DNA of 64,000 nucleotides from Escherichia coli (GCF_003019035.1 NZ_CP027448.1), one strand, 5' to 3'. Shown: positions 10,505-21,352, numbered from the stretch's first letter. Translations and numbers: made by a program. Notes: generated from the sequence alone by a model not told the origin.

Positions 10505-11887
10505 ATGTATTTTAGATACAGGATTAAGCATGGACGTAAGTATGTTATGAAAAAGGAATATCTCTACAGTATTTCTGCTGTTATTTTCTGTATCTTACTC
10601 GGATTTGGTCTTATTATTATCAATAATGGAACTCCTTCTCCCCTTTCACCCGGACAGTACCACATTATAACACAATCAACTTATTTAATGATGATGGTGG
10701 CTTTATTTTTTATAGATATCATTGCTTTCCTCTTTATGCAACTTTATTTTATTTATGACCGAAATAACTTTTCGCATTGTATTCTTGGGCTGGCTTTCTT
10801 CAGTTGTATTATATATCTTGTTCTGACAATAATAATTGTTCAACAATACGAAAGTGATACTGTATCTGTAGTAAGCATACATAATTCAATCATGGTCCAT
10901 TATTTCTTCAGACAACTGAGCTTTTGCCTGATTATATATCTGGCATTGTGTGCCAGAAACCGAAGAAAAAACACCGCAATGATTGCCGGTAATAAAACGA
11001 TTTTTTTGATTTGTTTTGCCTGTATGATAATACTACCTGTAATATCATATCTGATTAGCCATCAATACTTCTTCCCGGGTATAACTGAAACTGCTTTATA
11101 CAAATTTGATTTTGTCCATATTGAAACATACATTAAATTTATTGTTTTTTTATGGCTGGGACTGGTTTTTTCGCTTTTTTATACCAGAGCGGTAAACAAT
11201 GATATATGGAAGGGGATATTACTGATTGCCATCTCGGCTGTTTTTTATAATGTTTTCGTTTTGTTTATTGTTGACGGGTATATGCATCTCTGGTATCTCA
11301 GCCGAATGGTAGAAATGTTCAGTAAATTAATTGTTGTTTCTGCTTTTATATATCACATATTTAAAGTTCTGCAATCAACAAAACAATTAAGCAACCTCGA
11401 CCCAATGACAAAAACATATAACAGAAATTTTTTCTTTGAAAAAATAAACGAACTTCTCTCAACAGGAGAAACATATTCGTCCGGTGTCTTTATTATTGAT
11501 ATCGATCACTTTAAATCAGTTAATGATACATGGGGACATCCTGCTGGTGACAGAGTCATTCTGGCTGTTGTCGATATATTAAAACAAGGCATCCGCGCAA
11601 CAGATATTCTGTCACGTCTCGGAGGAGAAGAGTTTGGCATTATTATTAATAATATGAATCCATCAAGAATAAAAATATTAGCGGAAAGACTTCGCAGACA
11701 TGTCGAAACCCAGACAAATAATACAACACTCTACAATATTCCTGGTGGGGTCACCATTAGTATTGGCGTTACTCTGATACGAGATAAATCACTTAACGCA
11801 TCTGATATCTATAATGCTACTGATAATGCCTTATATAAAGCGAAATCATCCGGGCGTAATAAAGTTGCCTTTTCAGAGATGGCATAA
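10505..11887 (+). CDS. Membrane-anchored GGDEF-domain diguanylate cyclase
   Basis: C-terminal GGDEF domain with intact RLGGEEFGI motif and IDIDHFKSVND block; N-terminal half is hydrophobic with about 8 predicted TM segments; AT-rich. Start may be the ATG at 10547. Confidence 0.8.
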   Translation: MYFRYRIKHGRKYVMKKEYLYSISAVIFCILLGFGLIIINNGTPSPLSPGQYHIITQSTYLMMMVALFFIDIIAFLFMQLYFIYDRNNFSHCILGLAFFSCIIYLVLTIIIVQQYESDTVSVVSIHNSIMVHYFFRQLSFCLIIYLALCARNRRKNTAMIAGNKTIFLICFACMIILPVISYLISHQYFFPGITETALYKFDFVHIETYIKFIVFLWLGLVFSLFYTRAVNNDIWKGILLIAISAVFYNVFVLFIVDGYMHLWYLSRMVEMFSKLIVVSAFIYHIFKVLQSTKQLSNLDPMTKTYNRNFFFEKINELLSTGETYSSGVFIIDIDHFKSVNDTWGHPAGDRVILAVVDILKQGIRATDILSRLGGEEFGIIINNMNPSRIKILAERLRRHVETQTNNTTLYNIPGGVTISIGVTLIRDKSLNASDIYNATDNALYKAKSSGRNKVAFSEMA

Positions 11888-12187
11888 GTCATACATTACA
11901 GGTATTCAACAGAATGTCAGTAACAGAACATATAATTTCTCATTCTTTATTTTCAGATTTACTTTCTGAGTTTCTGGCTGTCATCTGGTCACTGACCTCT
12001 CAGGAAAAGAGAGGTCTTACAAAAGACGGACAGACCTCATTTCTGCAACTATGAAAAAAGCTGCACATTACGCTGACAATCTACCAGACGGAGCGGTTCA
12101 ACAGGGAAGAATCTATGGTCACCCCCGTTTTTGCGTAACCGTCTCATTTAAACCGTCTTTCACCTCCCTTTCCTGTTTCCGATACTA

Positions 12188-12865
12188 ATGTCCCGCAGTA
12201 AAAGGACATTTAAGATGAATGCACGAAAGGCGGTACTGGCAGATAATCCGGAATTGATCCTGCGTGTGCTACAACTGAGATTTGACGAGTCACTGTCGTA
12301 CCCGCGCATTTCTGCGCAGACCGGTGTCAGCAAAACCGCCATTTTTTCTCTGGTGAGGCGATTTCACCAGATATTCGCTGACTGGCCCCTTTCCGGTGAA
12401 TCTTCCTGCATGCAACTGGCCCGGGCTCTTTTCCCGGGGCGATACCCTTCAGCCCCGACAGTAACTCAGACTGTGAAAACAGAGAAAAACCGCCGGAACC
12501 GATTTTCACAGGAGTTTAAATGGAGACTTGTTCAGCAGACTCTTTTACCCGGTGCCTGTGTCGCACAAATAGCTCGCGAGAACGGAATCAACGATAACCT
12601 GCTCTTTAACTGGCGGCATCTCTGGCGTAACGGCGGCCTGCAGCCGCCCGGCGAACATGAAACATCGCTACTTCCCGTGACGTTAACGCCGGAGCCGGAT
12701 AATAAAATCCCGGCACCAGTGCAGATACCTGAACAGATAAATACACTGCCAGACAGTCTGTGCTACGAGCTGGTTCTGCCGGCCGGAACTCTCAGGCTGA
12801 AAGGTGAACTGACACCGGCGTTATTACAGACACTTATCCGCGAAATGAAAGGGAGCAGCCACTGA
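12188..12865 (+). CDS. IS66-family accessory protein (orfA)
   Basis: 225-aa ORF upstream of and overlapping the TnpB-like ORF. Confidence 0.75.
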   Translation: MSRSKRTFKMNARKAVLADNPELILRVLQLRFDESLSYPRISAQTGVSKTAIFSLVRRFHQIFADWPLSGESSCMQLARALFPGRYPSAPTVTQTVKTEKNRRNRFSQEFKWRLVQQTLLPGACVAQIARENGINDNLLFNWRHLWRNGGLQPPGEHETSLLPVTLTPEPDNKIPAPVQIPEQINTLPDSLCYELVLPAGTLRLKGELTPALLQTLIREMKGSSH

Positions 12866-13212
12866 TGATATCTCTCCCTGCCGGTTCGCGTATCTGGCTG
12901 GTTGCCGGTATCACCGATATGCGAAATGGCTTTAACGGCCTGGCCTCAAAAGTTCAGAACGTCCTGAAGGATGACCCGTTCTCCGGGCATCTGTTCATCT
13001 TCCGCGGACGCCGGGGTGACCAGATAAAAGTGCTGTGGGCTGACAGTGACGGACTGTGCCTCTTCACCAAACGCCTGGAGCGGGGCCGCTTCGTCTGGCC
13101 GGTCACCCGCGATGGAAAGGTTCACCTTACTCCGGCTCAGTTATCTATGCTTCCTGAAGGTATCAACTGGAAGCACCCGAAACGAACAGAACGCGCTGGA
13201 ATCCGTATATAA
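12865..13212 (+). CDS. IS66-family TnpB (orfB)
   Basis: 115-aa ORF closely similar to the orfB at 1070-1417. Confidence 0.85.
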   Translation: MISLPAGSRIWLVAGITDMRNGFNGLASKVQNVLKDDPFSGHLFIFRGRRGDQIKVLWADSDGLCLFTKRLERGRFVWPVTRDGKVHLTPAQLSMLPEGINWKHPKRTERAGIRI

Positions 13213-13231
13213 CCCGTTGTAAAGTGAGGAT

Positions 13232-14802
13232 ATGGACACCTCACTTGCTCATGAGAATGCCCGCCTGCGGGCACTGTTGCAGACGCAACAGGACACCATC
13301 CGCCAGATGGCCGAATATAACCGCCTGCTCTCACTGCGGGTGGCGGCTTATGCTTCCGAAATCAACCGGCTGAAGGCGCTGGTTGCAAAACTGCAGCGCA
13401 TGCAGTTCGGTAAAAGCTCAGAAAAACTTCGCGCAAAAACCGAACGACAGATACAGGAAGCACAGGAGCGAATCAGCGCACTTCAGGAAGAAATGGCGGA
13501 AACGCTGGGTGAGCAATATGACTCGGCACTGCCATCTGCACTGCGCCAGTCTTCAGCCCGTAAACCGTTACCGCCTCACTTCCCCGAGAAACCCGGGTTA
13601 TCCGGCCGGAAGAGGAATGCTGTCCTGCCTGTGGTGGCGAACTCAGTTCTCTGGGATGTGATGTGTCAGAGCAACTGGAGCTTATCAGCAGCGCCTTTAA
13701 GGTTATCGAAACACAACGTCCGAAACTGGCCTGTTGCCGTTGTGACCATATCGTGCAGGCGCCGGTGCCTTCAAAACCCATTGTACGCAGCTATGCCGGA
13801 GCGGGGCTTCTGGCCCATGTTGTCACCGGGAAATATGCAGACCATTTGCCGTTATACCGCCAGTCAGAAATATACCGTCGTCAGGGAGTGGAGCTGAGTC
13901 GTGCCACGCTGGGGCGCTGGACTGGTGCCGTTGCTGAACTACTGGAGCCACTGTATGACGTCCTGCGCCAGTATGTGCTGATGCCCGGTAAAGTCCATGC
14001 CGATGATATCCCCGTCCCGGTCCAGGAGCCGGGCAGCGGTAAAACCCGGACAGCCCGGCTGTGGGTCTACGTCCGTGATGACCGTAACGCCGGTTCACAG
14101 ATGCCTGCGGCGGTCTGGTTCGCGTACAGCCCGAACCGGAAAGGCATCCATCCACAAAATCACCTGGCCGGTTACAGCGGAGTGCTTCAGGCCGATGCTT
14201 ACGGTGGCTACCGGGCGTTATACGAATCCGGCAGAATAACGGAAGCCGCGTGTATGGCTCATGCCCGGAGAAAAATCCACGATGTGCATGCAAGAGCTCC
14301 AACCGATATCACCACGGAAGCCCTGCAGCGTATCGGTGAACTGTATGCCATCGAGGCAGAAGTCCGGGGATGTTCAGCAGAACAGCGTCTGGCGGCAAGA
14401 AAAGCCAGAGCTGCGCCACTGATGCAGTCACTGTATGACTGGATACAGACTCAGATGAAAACACTGTCGCGTCACTCGGATACGGCAAAAGCGTTCGCAT
14501 ACCTGCTGAAACAGTGGGATGGCCTGAACGTGTACTGCAGTAATGGCTGGGTGGAAATCGACAACAACATCGCAGAGAACGCCTTACGGGGAGTGGCCGT
14601 AGGCCGGAAAAACTGGCTCTTCGCGGGTTCCGACAGCGGTGGCGAACATGCGGCGGTGTTGTACTCGCTGATCGGCACATGCCGTCTGAACAATGTGGAG
14701 CCAGAAAAATGGCTGCGCTACGTCATTGAACATATCCAGGACTGGCCGGCAAACCGGGTACGCGATCTGTTGCCCTGGAAAGTTGATCTGAGCTCTCAGT
14801 AA
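13232..14802 (+). pseudogene. IS66-family transposase (orfC), frameshifted near 13600-13660
   Basis: N-terminal piece 13232-13897 and the main piece 13663-14802 are in different frames; together they are collinear with the orfC at 1437-2983. Confidence 0.8.
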
Positions 14803-14892
14803 ATATCAATACGGTTCTGGTGAGCCGCTTACCCACAGATAGATTTAAATATCACGCCTTTTCATGGAGGAGGACTGAAAGGACAAAATGTT

Positions 14893-15282
14893 GTGAATAT
14901 GTGTTTTTATGATGGTTACAGTACTAACAGTAGTCATCTGCAACTTCGGTTTTATGATGATGATGGTTCTGGTTCCAGGACTGATTTATTCAAACTTACA
15001 AGCGCTGATGGCATTGGGAAGTTGCCTTATAAGGTCAGTCTGGCTTTCGGAGAAGGGGCTGCGAAAACGATTATAAATAATCGTACTCTTGTAATCGAAG
15101 GAGGCAATATTCCTGTTAACTGGGCGCGAATCCTACCGGTTTCTTTGCCTGATATTCCGATTCCTGTATTATGTTGGCCTGCAACACTGATACTAAATGC
15201 AAACTTGCCTGTCAGCCAACCCGCTAATGATTATACCGGACGACTTATAGTGGCATTTACACCAGACTCGGCTTCTTTATAG
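14893..15282 (+). CDS. Hypothetical protein (orphan ORF wedged between IS66 and IS110)
   Basis: 129-aa ORF, no family recognised. Confidence 0.3.
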   Translation: MNMCFYDGYSTNSSHLQLRFYDDDGSGSRTDLFKLTSADGIGKLPYKVSLAFGEGAAKTIINNRTLVIEGGNIPVNWARILPVSLPDIPIPVLCWPATLILNANLPVSQPANDYTGRLIVAFTPDSASL

Positions 15283-15310
15283 TTTCATATGTCTTATACA
15301 GGAATCCCTG

Positions 15311-15455
15311 TTGGGGGTTCCTGTATTTGTAAGCATTTTGTTGTTACTTGTGCTAGGCAAACTGCGGATGGATGTGTTGTTCTGTATTCAGTGCGAAATA
15401 ATGAAGGTAAACGAATAATATCGCCATTGATATCGGCAACACCTCTAACATTTGT
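15311..15455 (+). repeat. About 145-bp sequence immediately left of the IS110-family element; second copy at 28665-28802
   Basis: Direct read: ctgtatttgtaagcattttgttg...actgcggatgg...gttctgtattca...aataatgaagg(t/c)aaacgaataatatc(g/a)ccattgatatcggcaa(c/t)acctct(a/g)acatttt shared by both loci. Confidence 0.7.
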
Positions 15456-15461
15456 AAGTGA

Positions 15462-16600
15462 TGAGATGGTCTTCCCCCTCCTTCACGGCAGCCTTCAATT
15501 GCGCCATGAAGGATAAACTTTAACCACAAAAATAAGAGGGATACCATGTCTGAACAGAAAATCACCGGCATCGAGCTGGCTAAAACGAACTTTTATCTTT
15601 TCAGTATCAATGCTCATGGCAACCCCGCAGGAAAGGCCAAACTTTCTCGCAATCAACTGCTTAACTGGCTGGTGCAACAGCCTAAAATGACTGTTGCTAT
15701 GGAGGCTTGCGGGGCATCCCATTACTGGGTCCGGGAAATCAGGAAACTCGACCATGACGTAATATTGCTTCCGGCACAACATGTTAAAGCTTATCAGCGG
15801 CGTCAGAAAAATGATTATAACGACGCACAGGCAATAGCTGAGGCCTGCCAACATGGAACTATACGACCCGTACCAATAAAAAATCTGGAGCAACAGGACG
15901 TCCAGACTTTTTTGAAAATGCGCCGGTTGGTTTCGATGGAAAGGACACAACTGATAAATCACGTTCGTGGACTTCTTGCTGAATACGGCATTGTGTTCAG
16001 TAAAGGTGCAACAGAACTACGCCAAAAATTACCGGCACTACTTGAGGATGCGGAAAACGAACTCACTGATACCATGAGGACGTTATTGCATCGGCAGTAT
16101 ATACGGCTGATTACACTGGATAATGAATTGGAGTGGTATGATTCTGAACAGAAAAAATGTCCGGCAGGATCCTGTGTGCAAACGGTTGTTAGCTATTCCA
16201 GGATTCGGCCCCCTGGTTAGTCAGGCAATAAAAAGCTGGATGGGGGATGGAAAACAGTTTAGACGAGGAAGGGATGCATCTGCAGCTCTGGGGCTGGTTC
16301 CCCGACAGTTCAGCACGGGGGAAAGCAGGTTCTTCTGGGCATAACAAAATGTGGAGATCAATATATCAGATCTATGCTGATACACGGTGCCAGAGCGGTA
16401 TTGTTCAGAGCCTCAGAGAAAACTGATTCACTTAGTATGTGGGTTAATCGTATTCGGGAAAAGCGTGGCTTCAACCGGGCAGTTGTTGCTCTTGCAAATA
16501 AACTCCTTCGGATCGCCTGGATAATTATCGCCCGCAATGAGATGTATTTGCCTGCAATTTAAGCCAGATGTAATCTGACAGATACCTGTATAAATAACCG
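15462..16600 (+). mobile_element. IS110-family element with decayed transposase (boundaries approximate)
   Basis: DEDD-type IS110 transposase reading frame; left boundary inferred from where homology to the inverted partial copy at 27925-28300 stops. Confidence 0.6.
15546..16562 (+). pseudogene. IS110-family transposase, two frameshifts
   Basis: Three consecutive ORF pieces (15546-16220, 16123-16344, 16374-16562) carry the N-terminal catalytic region and the C-terminal IS110 signatures (...LLAIPGFGPLVSQAI..., ...LGLVPRQFSTGES..., ...ALANKLLRIAWIIIARNE...). Confidence 0.75.
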
Positions 16601-17566
16601 GTAACTGTCAGATCAGGTCTGAGCTAATACAGGTATGGCAGAACGTGACGTATTTGTACGGTGAATCCGGGGACATTTTGTGGAAGGTTTCCCGGAAATA
16701 GACCATGCAGGAGGAATGACCGGCGATAAAGTCTGCAAATACGGACTGATAAGGGTGATTATTGGCTCTGGCGACGGCTTTTAGAACTTCTTTCACCATT
16801 CTGGTGTGGACTTTCTGGTGCTCCAGGTTGTGTGACATGGGAACTCATTCTGGATGGTTACTCTGAAAGCTCATATTCTGCTACACCCCGATTTGCATCT
16901 GCCAAACTGTCGTGGTTTTGACGAGCCGCTTACGTAAATAATTGCTGTTAACAAACAGATTTAATGTTTCATCATTTTTATTATGTCGCCACTCTGTCCG
17001 CTCTGATACCCCTACTCACTATCATTGCTGGTGAGTCTTGGACTAACTCAAATAACTATTACGGGATATGGGGAGTGACAGCAAATGCTGTATTTTCTCT
17101 TGGTTCCTCACTTTATATTAAGTTTGTCAGCAATTTTCGCTCTTCATAAAAACGTACTGTCTGGTATTGGATGAATGTGAAGCATACCAGAGAGGAACTA
17201 TAAAAATATACATCAGTCATTCCATCCTGTTCTGTCTGTAAAGTCCTAATTATTTCTGAACTGTACTGGTGATAAAGCTTGGTGTTTGTTGTTTTTATAA
17301 CTAATTGAAATTACTTGGATAATGTTAAATAATCTTAAATAATTTTTCATCTGACTCTTTGTGCTTTAGGTTGGTTTTATCCAACGTCTTGGGTGTGCGA
17401 TATGCCGACATGTTATGTATTGCGATCTCCCTTTAATATTTATTGGATAGATGTTTATTGTGTCTTTGCATTATTGCCTGTGCATGTACAGGCAATGGCC
17501 GCGGTTGCAGATGAATTTCATGTGTTATTTTAGTTTGTCGCGTCGCACAAAGAGGGGTGGGGTGAA

Positions 17567-18109
17567 ATGCGTCTTGGAATAATAATGCAGCTGTTGATTG
17601 TGCTCTTTTTTATGCGGGATGGATGGGGGGCGGAGCGAATAATATTTTCTGTAGATGTTGTGTCTTCAGCTTGTCATGTGGTGGTGGATGCGGACAGCAC
17701 CGGCAACAGTGGCCGGCTGACATTCGGGACTTACCGCAAGTCCACGGGGGCGTCTGTGCCTCCGCGTGACTTCACTGTGCGTCTGTATGAGTCCGGTGCC
17801 ACGGTTCAGGGCTGCTCAGCCTTTAAGGTCGGGCAGGTCGCCACTCTGGATTTTGGCAATCCGGGACAGCTGGACGCAGGGGGCGTGGTCACCCGCGGTG
17901 CCGGTGATGGTATTCGCGTGGATGTGCGCGCGGTGGATGCGCAGGCAGATTATCGCGGACGTCTGACTCAGGACAGTCATTCGGTGAATTACCCGGTGGA
18001 GTTTGCTGCTAAGGGACAGTTCCGTTTTCGTGCGCAGCCGGTGTTTCCGGCAAACGTGAAGGCGGGAGAATACACGGGTGCACTGACCTTTGTGGTCACG
18101 TATCAGTAA
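17567..18109 (+). CDS. Fimbrial minor subunit (FaeC-like) of a K88/F4-like chaperone-usher operon
   Basis: 180-aa secreted protein ending ...TFVVTYQ (pilin C-terminal strand); first gene of the operon, as faeC in K88. Confidence 0.7.
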   Translation: MRLGIIMQLLIVLFFMRDGWGAERIIFSVDVVSSACHVVVDADSTGNSGRLTFGTYRKSTGASVPPRDFTVRLYESGATVQGCSAFKVGQVATLDFGNPGQLDAGGVVTRGAGDGIRVDVRAVDAQADYRGRLTQDSHSVNYPVEFAAKGQFRFRAQPVFPANVKAGEYTGALTFVVTYQ

Positions 18110-18123
18110 CGGAGAAAAGGATT

Positions 18124-20568
18124 GTGTGTGCAGGAAAGAAGACAGTCGCTGAGCCGGTTTCGTCCGTGTTTTTCCGTCGGGCCGCACTTGCGCTTGCCGT
18201 ATCAGCTGCTTTTGCCAGTGCCACAGGTGTTGCAGGTGAAAAACTGGATATGTCCTTTATCCAGGGTGGTGCCGGGGTTAATCCGGAAGTCTGGGCAGCC
18301 CTGAACGGCAGCTATGCGCCGGGGCGTTATCTGGTTGACCTGTCCCTGAACGGGAAGGAGGCCGGGAAACAGATACTGGATGTGACACCACAGGACAGTA
18401 ATGAACTGTGTCTGACAGAGGCATGGCTGACGAAGGCCGGGATTTACGTCAGTGCAGATTACTTTCGTGAGGGATATGACGCCACACGACAGTGCTATGT
18501 GCTGACAAAAGCCCCGTCAGTGAAGGTGGATTTTGATGTTTCCACCCAGAGTCTGGCGCTGTCCATTCCCCAGAAGGGGCTGGTGAAGATGCCGGAGAAT
18601 GTGGACTGGGATTACGGGACCAGTGCATTTCGCGTGAACTATAACGCGAACGCCAACACCGGCCGTAATAACACCTCGGCCTTTGGCTCAGCGGACCTGA
18701 AAGCCAATATCGGGCACTGGGTGGTGAGTTCTTCTGTCACGGCCAGCGGCGATGACAGCGGGGATAACTCCACCACGATAAACATGTTTACGGCCACCCG
18801 GGCCATCCGCGCACTGAGTGCGGACCTGGCGGTCGGGAAAACATCCACCGGGGACAGTCTGCTGGGCAGTACGGGAACGTACGGCGTGTCGCTGAGCCGG
18901 AACAACAGCATGAAGCCGGGCAATCTGGGGTATACCCCGGTGTTCAGCGGCATTGCGAACGGGCCGTCGAGGGTGACGCTGACACAGAACGGGCGGTTGC
19001 TGTATTCGGAGATGGTGCCGGCGGGGCCGTTCTCCATCACGGATGTGCCGCTGTACACCAGTGGTGATGTGACCATGAAAATCACCGGTGAAGACGGGCG
19101 CGAGCAGGTACAGTACTTCCCGTTGTCGGTGATGGCCGGGCAGTTAAGTCCGGGGCAGCACGAGTTCAGTGTGGCAGCCGGTTTGCCTGACGATGACAGT
19201 GACCTGAAAGGCGGTGTGTTTGCGGCGTCATACGGTTACGGTCTGGACGGGCTGACGCTGCGCAGCGGGGGAGTGTTTAACCAGGACTGGCAGGGTGTCA
19301 GCGCCGGGGCTGTTCTGGGGCTGAGTTATCTGGGGGCGGTATCTGCTGACGGCGCTTATGCCACGGCAAAATACCGTGACGGCAGCCGCAGCGGAAATAA
19401 GGTGCAGTTATCCTGGAGTAAACAACTTGAGATGACGAACACCGGACTGCGGGTGAGCTGGTCACGGCAGAGTGAGGAATATGAGGATATGTCCTCCTTT
19501 GACCCGACAGAGTTGTGGTCGCAGTCAAATCACGGTCGCCGGACGAAGGATGAATGGAATGCCGGTGTCAGTCAGCCGGTGGGTGGTCTGTTCAGTCTGT
19601 CGGTGTCCGGCTGGCAGCGGAGTTATTACCCCGCATCCATGACCGGGAGTTACCGGTACAGCGATGACAACGGTAAGGACACGGGGATTACCGGCACCCT
19701 GAGCACACAGATTAAGGGCGTCAGTCTGAACCTGGGCTGGTCCGGTTCACGGAACACCTGGGGGGAAAACAACTGGTCTGCATCGGCGTCAGTGTCGGTA
19801 CCGTTCACACTGTTTGACCGTCGTTACAGCAGCAGTACGTCGGTGAGCACCAGCAAAGGCGGTGGCACAGGCTTCAGCACCGGCATGTCCGGCTCGCTGA
19901 ATGACCGTTTCAGCTATGGCCTGGGCGGTGGTCGTGACAGCAGTGGCGGTGTGAGCAGTTATCTGAATGCGTCGTACAGTGGTGACCGGGCTTACCTGAG
20001 TGGTGCCCTGAACCACTCGCAGTCCGGCGGAACCAGTGGTTCTGTCTCGGTCAGCGGTTCGGTACTGGCCGTTCCGGCGGCGAAAGACATCATGTTCAGC
20101 CGCACGACCGGGGATACCGTGGCCGTGGTGAACGTGAAGGATACCCCGGGAGTGAAGGTGACGTCCGGTGACGGACAGACTGACAGCGATGGCAACCTGG
20201 TGGTACCGCTGAACAGCTATGACTGGAACACGGTGACGATTGATGCGGGCACGCTGCCGCTGAGCACAGAACTGACGAACACCAGTCAGAAGGTGGTGCC
20301 AACGGACAAGGCGGTGGTGTGGATGCCGTTTGATGCCCTGAAAGTTAAGCGTTACCTGCTGCAGGTGAAGCAGCGTGACGGTGAGTTTGTGCCGGGGGGA
20401 ACCTGGGCACGTGACAGTAAGAACACACCGCTGGGCTTTGTGGCCAACAATGGTGTGCTGATGATTAACACGGTGGATGCGCCGGGTGATATCACCCTGG
20501 GCCGGTGCCGGATACCTGCGGCGAAACTGCAGGATACTGAGAAACTACAGGAGATTACGTGTGAGTAA
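18124..20568 (+). CDS. Fimbrial outer-membrane usher (FaeD-like)
   Basis: 814-aa ORF of typical usher size and composition; GTG start after a GGAG RBS; lies between subunit and chaperone genes. Confidence 0.9.
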   Translation: MCAGKKTVAEPVSSVFFRRAALALAVSAAFASATGVAGEKLDMSFIQGGAGVNPEVWAALNGSYAPGRYLVDLSLNGKEAGKQILDVTPQDSNELCLTEAWLTKAGIYVSADYFREGYDATRQCYVLTKAPSVKVDFDVSTQSLALSIPQKGLVKMPENVDWDYGTSAFRVNYNANANTGRNNTSAFGSADLKANIGHWVVSSSVTASGDDSGDNSTTINMFTATRAIRALSADLAVGKTSTGDSLLGSTGTYGVSLSRNNSMKPGNLGYTPVFSGIANGPSRVTLTQNGRLLYSEMVPAGPFSITDVPLYTSGDVTMKITGEDGREQVQYFPLSVMAGQLSPGQHEFSVAAGLPDDDSDLKGGVFAASYGYGLDGLTLRSGGVFNQDWQGVSAGAVLGLSYLGAVSADGAYATAKYRDGSRSGNKVQLSWSKQLEMTNTGLRVSWSRQSEEYEDMSSFDPTELWSQSNHGRRTKDEWNAGVSQPVGGLFSLSVSGWQRSYYPASMTGSYRYSDDNGKDTGITGTLSTQIKGVSLNLGWSGSRNTWGENNWSASASVSVPFTLFDRRYSSSTSVSTSKGGGTGFSTGMSGSLNDRFSYGLGGGRDSSGGVSSYLNASYSGDRAYLSGALNHSQSGGTSGSVSVSGSVLAVPAAKDIMFSRTTGDTVAVVNVKDTPGVKVTSGDGQTDSDGNLVVPLNSYDWNTVTIDAGTLPLSTELTNTSQKVVPTDKAVVWMPFDALKVKRYLLQVKQRDGEFVPGGTWARDSKNTPLGFVANNGVLMINTVDAPGDITLGRCRIPAAKLQDTEKLQEITCE

Positions 20569-21352
20569 GCGTAACGCAGTAACGACGTTTTTCACTAACC
20601 GGGTGACAAAAGCACTGGGAATGACGCTGGCGCTGATGATGACCTGTCAGAGTGCGATTGCTTCCCTGGCGGCAGACCAGACCCGCTATATCTTTCGCGG
20701 GGACAAGGATGCGCTGACCATCACGGTCACCAACAATGACAAGGAGCGTACCTTTGGTGGTCAGGCCTGGGTGGACAATATCGTGGAGAAGGACACCCGT
20801 CCGACCTTTGTTGTGACACCGTCCTTCTTCAGGGTGAAGCCGAATGGTCAGCAGACGCTGCGTATCATCATGGCCTCGGACCATCTGCCGAAGGACAAAG
20901 AGTCAGTGTACTGGCTGAACCTGCAGGATATTCCGCCGGCTCTGGAGGGCAGCGGTATTGCAGTGGCGCTGCGCACGAAGCTGAAGCTGTTCTATCGTCC
21001 GAAGGCACTGCTTGAAGGCCGCAAGGGGGCAGAAGAAAGCATCAGCCTGCAGAGCCGCCCGGATGGCAGAACTATGCTGGTGAACACCACGCCGTACATT
21101 TATGCGATTGGCAGCCTGCTGGACGGAAACGGGAAGAGAATTACCACGGATAACGAGACGGCACAGAAACTGCTGATGTTCATGCCGGGGGATGAAGTAC
21201 AGGTAAAAGGGAATGTGGTTAAGGTTGCTTCACTGAACGATTACGGTGAACTGCAGACCTGGACAATTAACCAGAAAAAAACGTCAGCGTCTTCCGGGGA
21301 GAAGGTATCTGATTCGTCGGTTAATTTGCCTGATAAAGCAGAGAAGAAATAA
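20561..21352 (+). CDS. Fimbrial periplasmic chaperone (FaeE-like)
   Basis: About 260-aa protein following the usher; GTG at 20561 (AGGAG RBS, overlaps the usher stop) or ATG at 20621. Confidence 0.8.
   Translation: MSKRNAVTTFFTNRVTKALGMTLALMMTCQSAIASLAADQTRYIFRGDKDALTITVTNNDKERTFGGQAWVDNIVEKDTRPTFVVTPSFFRVKPNGQQTLRIIMASDHLPKDKESVYWLNLQDIPPALEGSGIAVALRTKLKLFYRPKALLEGRKGAEESISLQSRPDGRTMLVNTTPYIYAIGSLLDGNGKRITTDNETAQKLLMFMPGDEVQVKGNVVKVASLNDYGELQTWTINQKKTSASSGEKVSDSSVNLPDKAEKK

Larger units (their letters stand above)
12134..14832 (+). mobile_element. IS66-family insertion sequence, copy 2 (orfA-orfB-orfC)
   Basis: Three-ORF IS66 organisation; right terminal repeat ends GCCGCTTAC at 14832; putative left repeat GTAACCG at 12134 (left boundary uncertain). 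Confidence 0.65.

Noticed and set aside
16923-16933. GAGCCGCTTAC, identical to the last 11 nt of the IS66 copy-2 right terminus, upstream of the fimbrial operon
   Set aside because: Only 11-12 bp match and the flanking sequence is unrelated; a similar short match occurs near 31068. Most likely chance or a minimal remnant, not a solo IS end.
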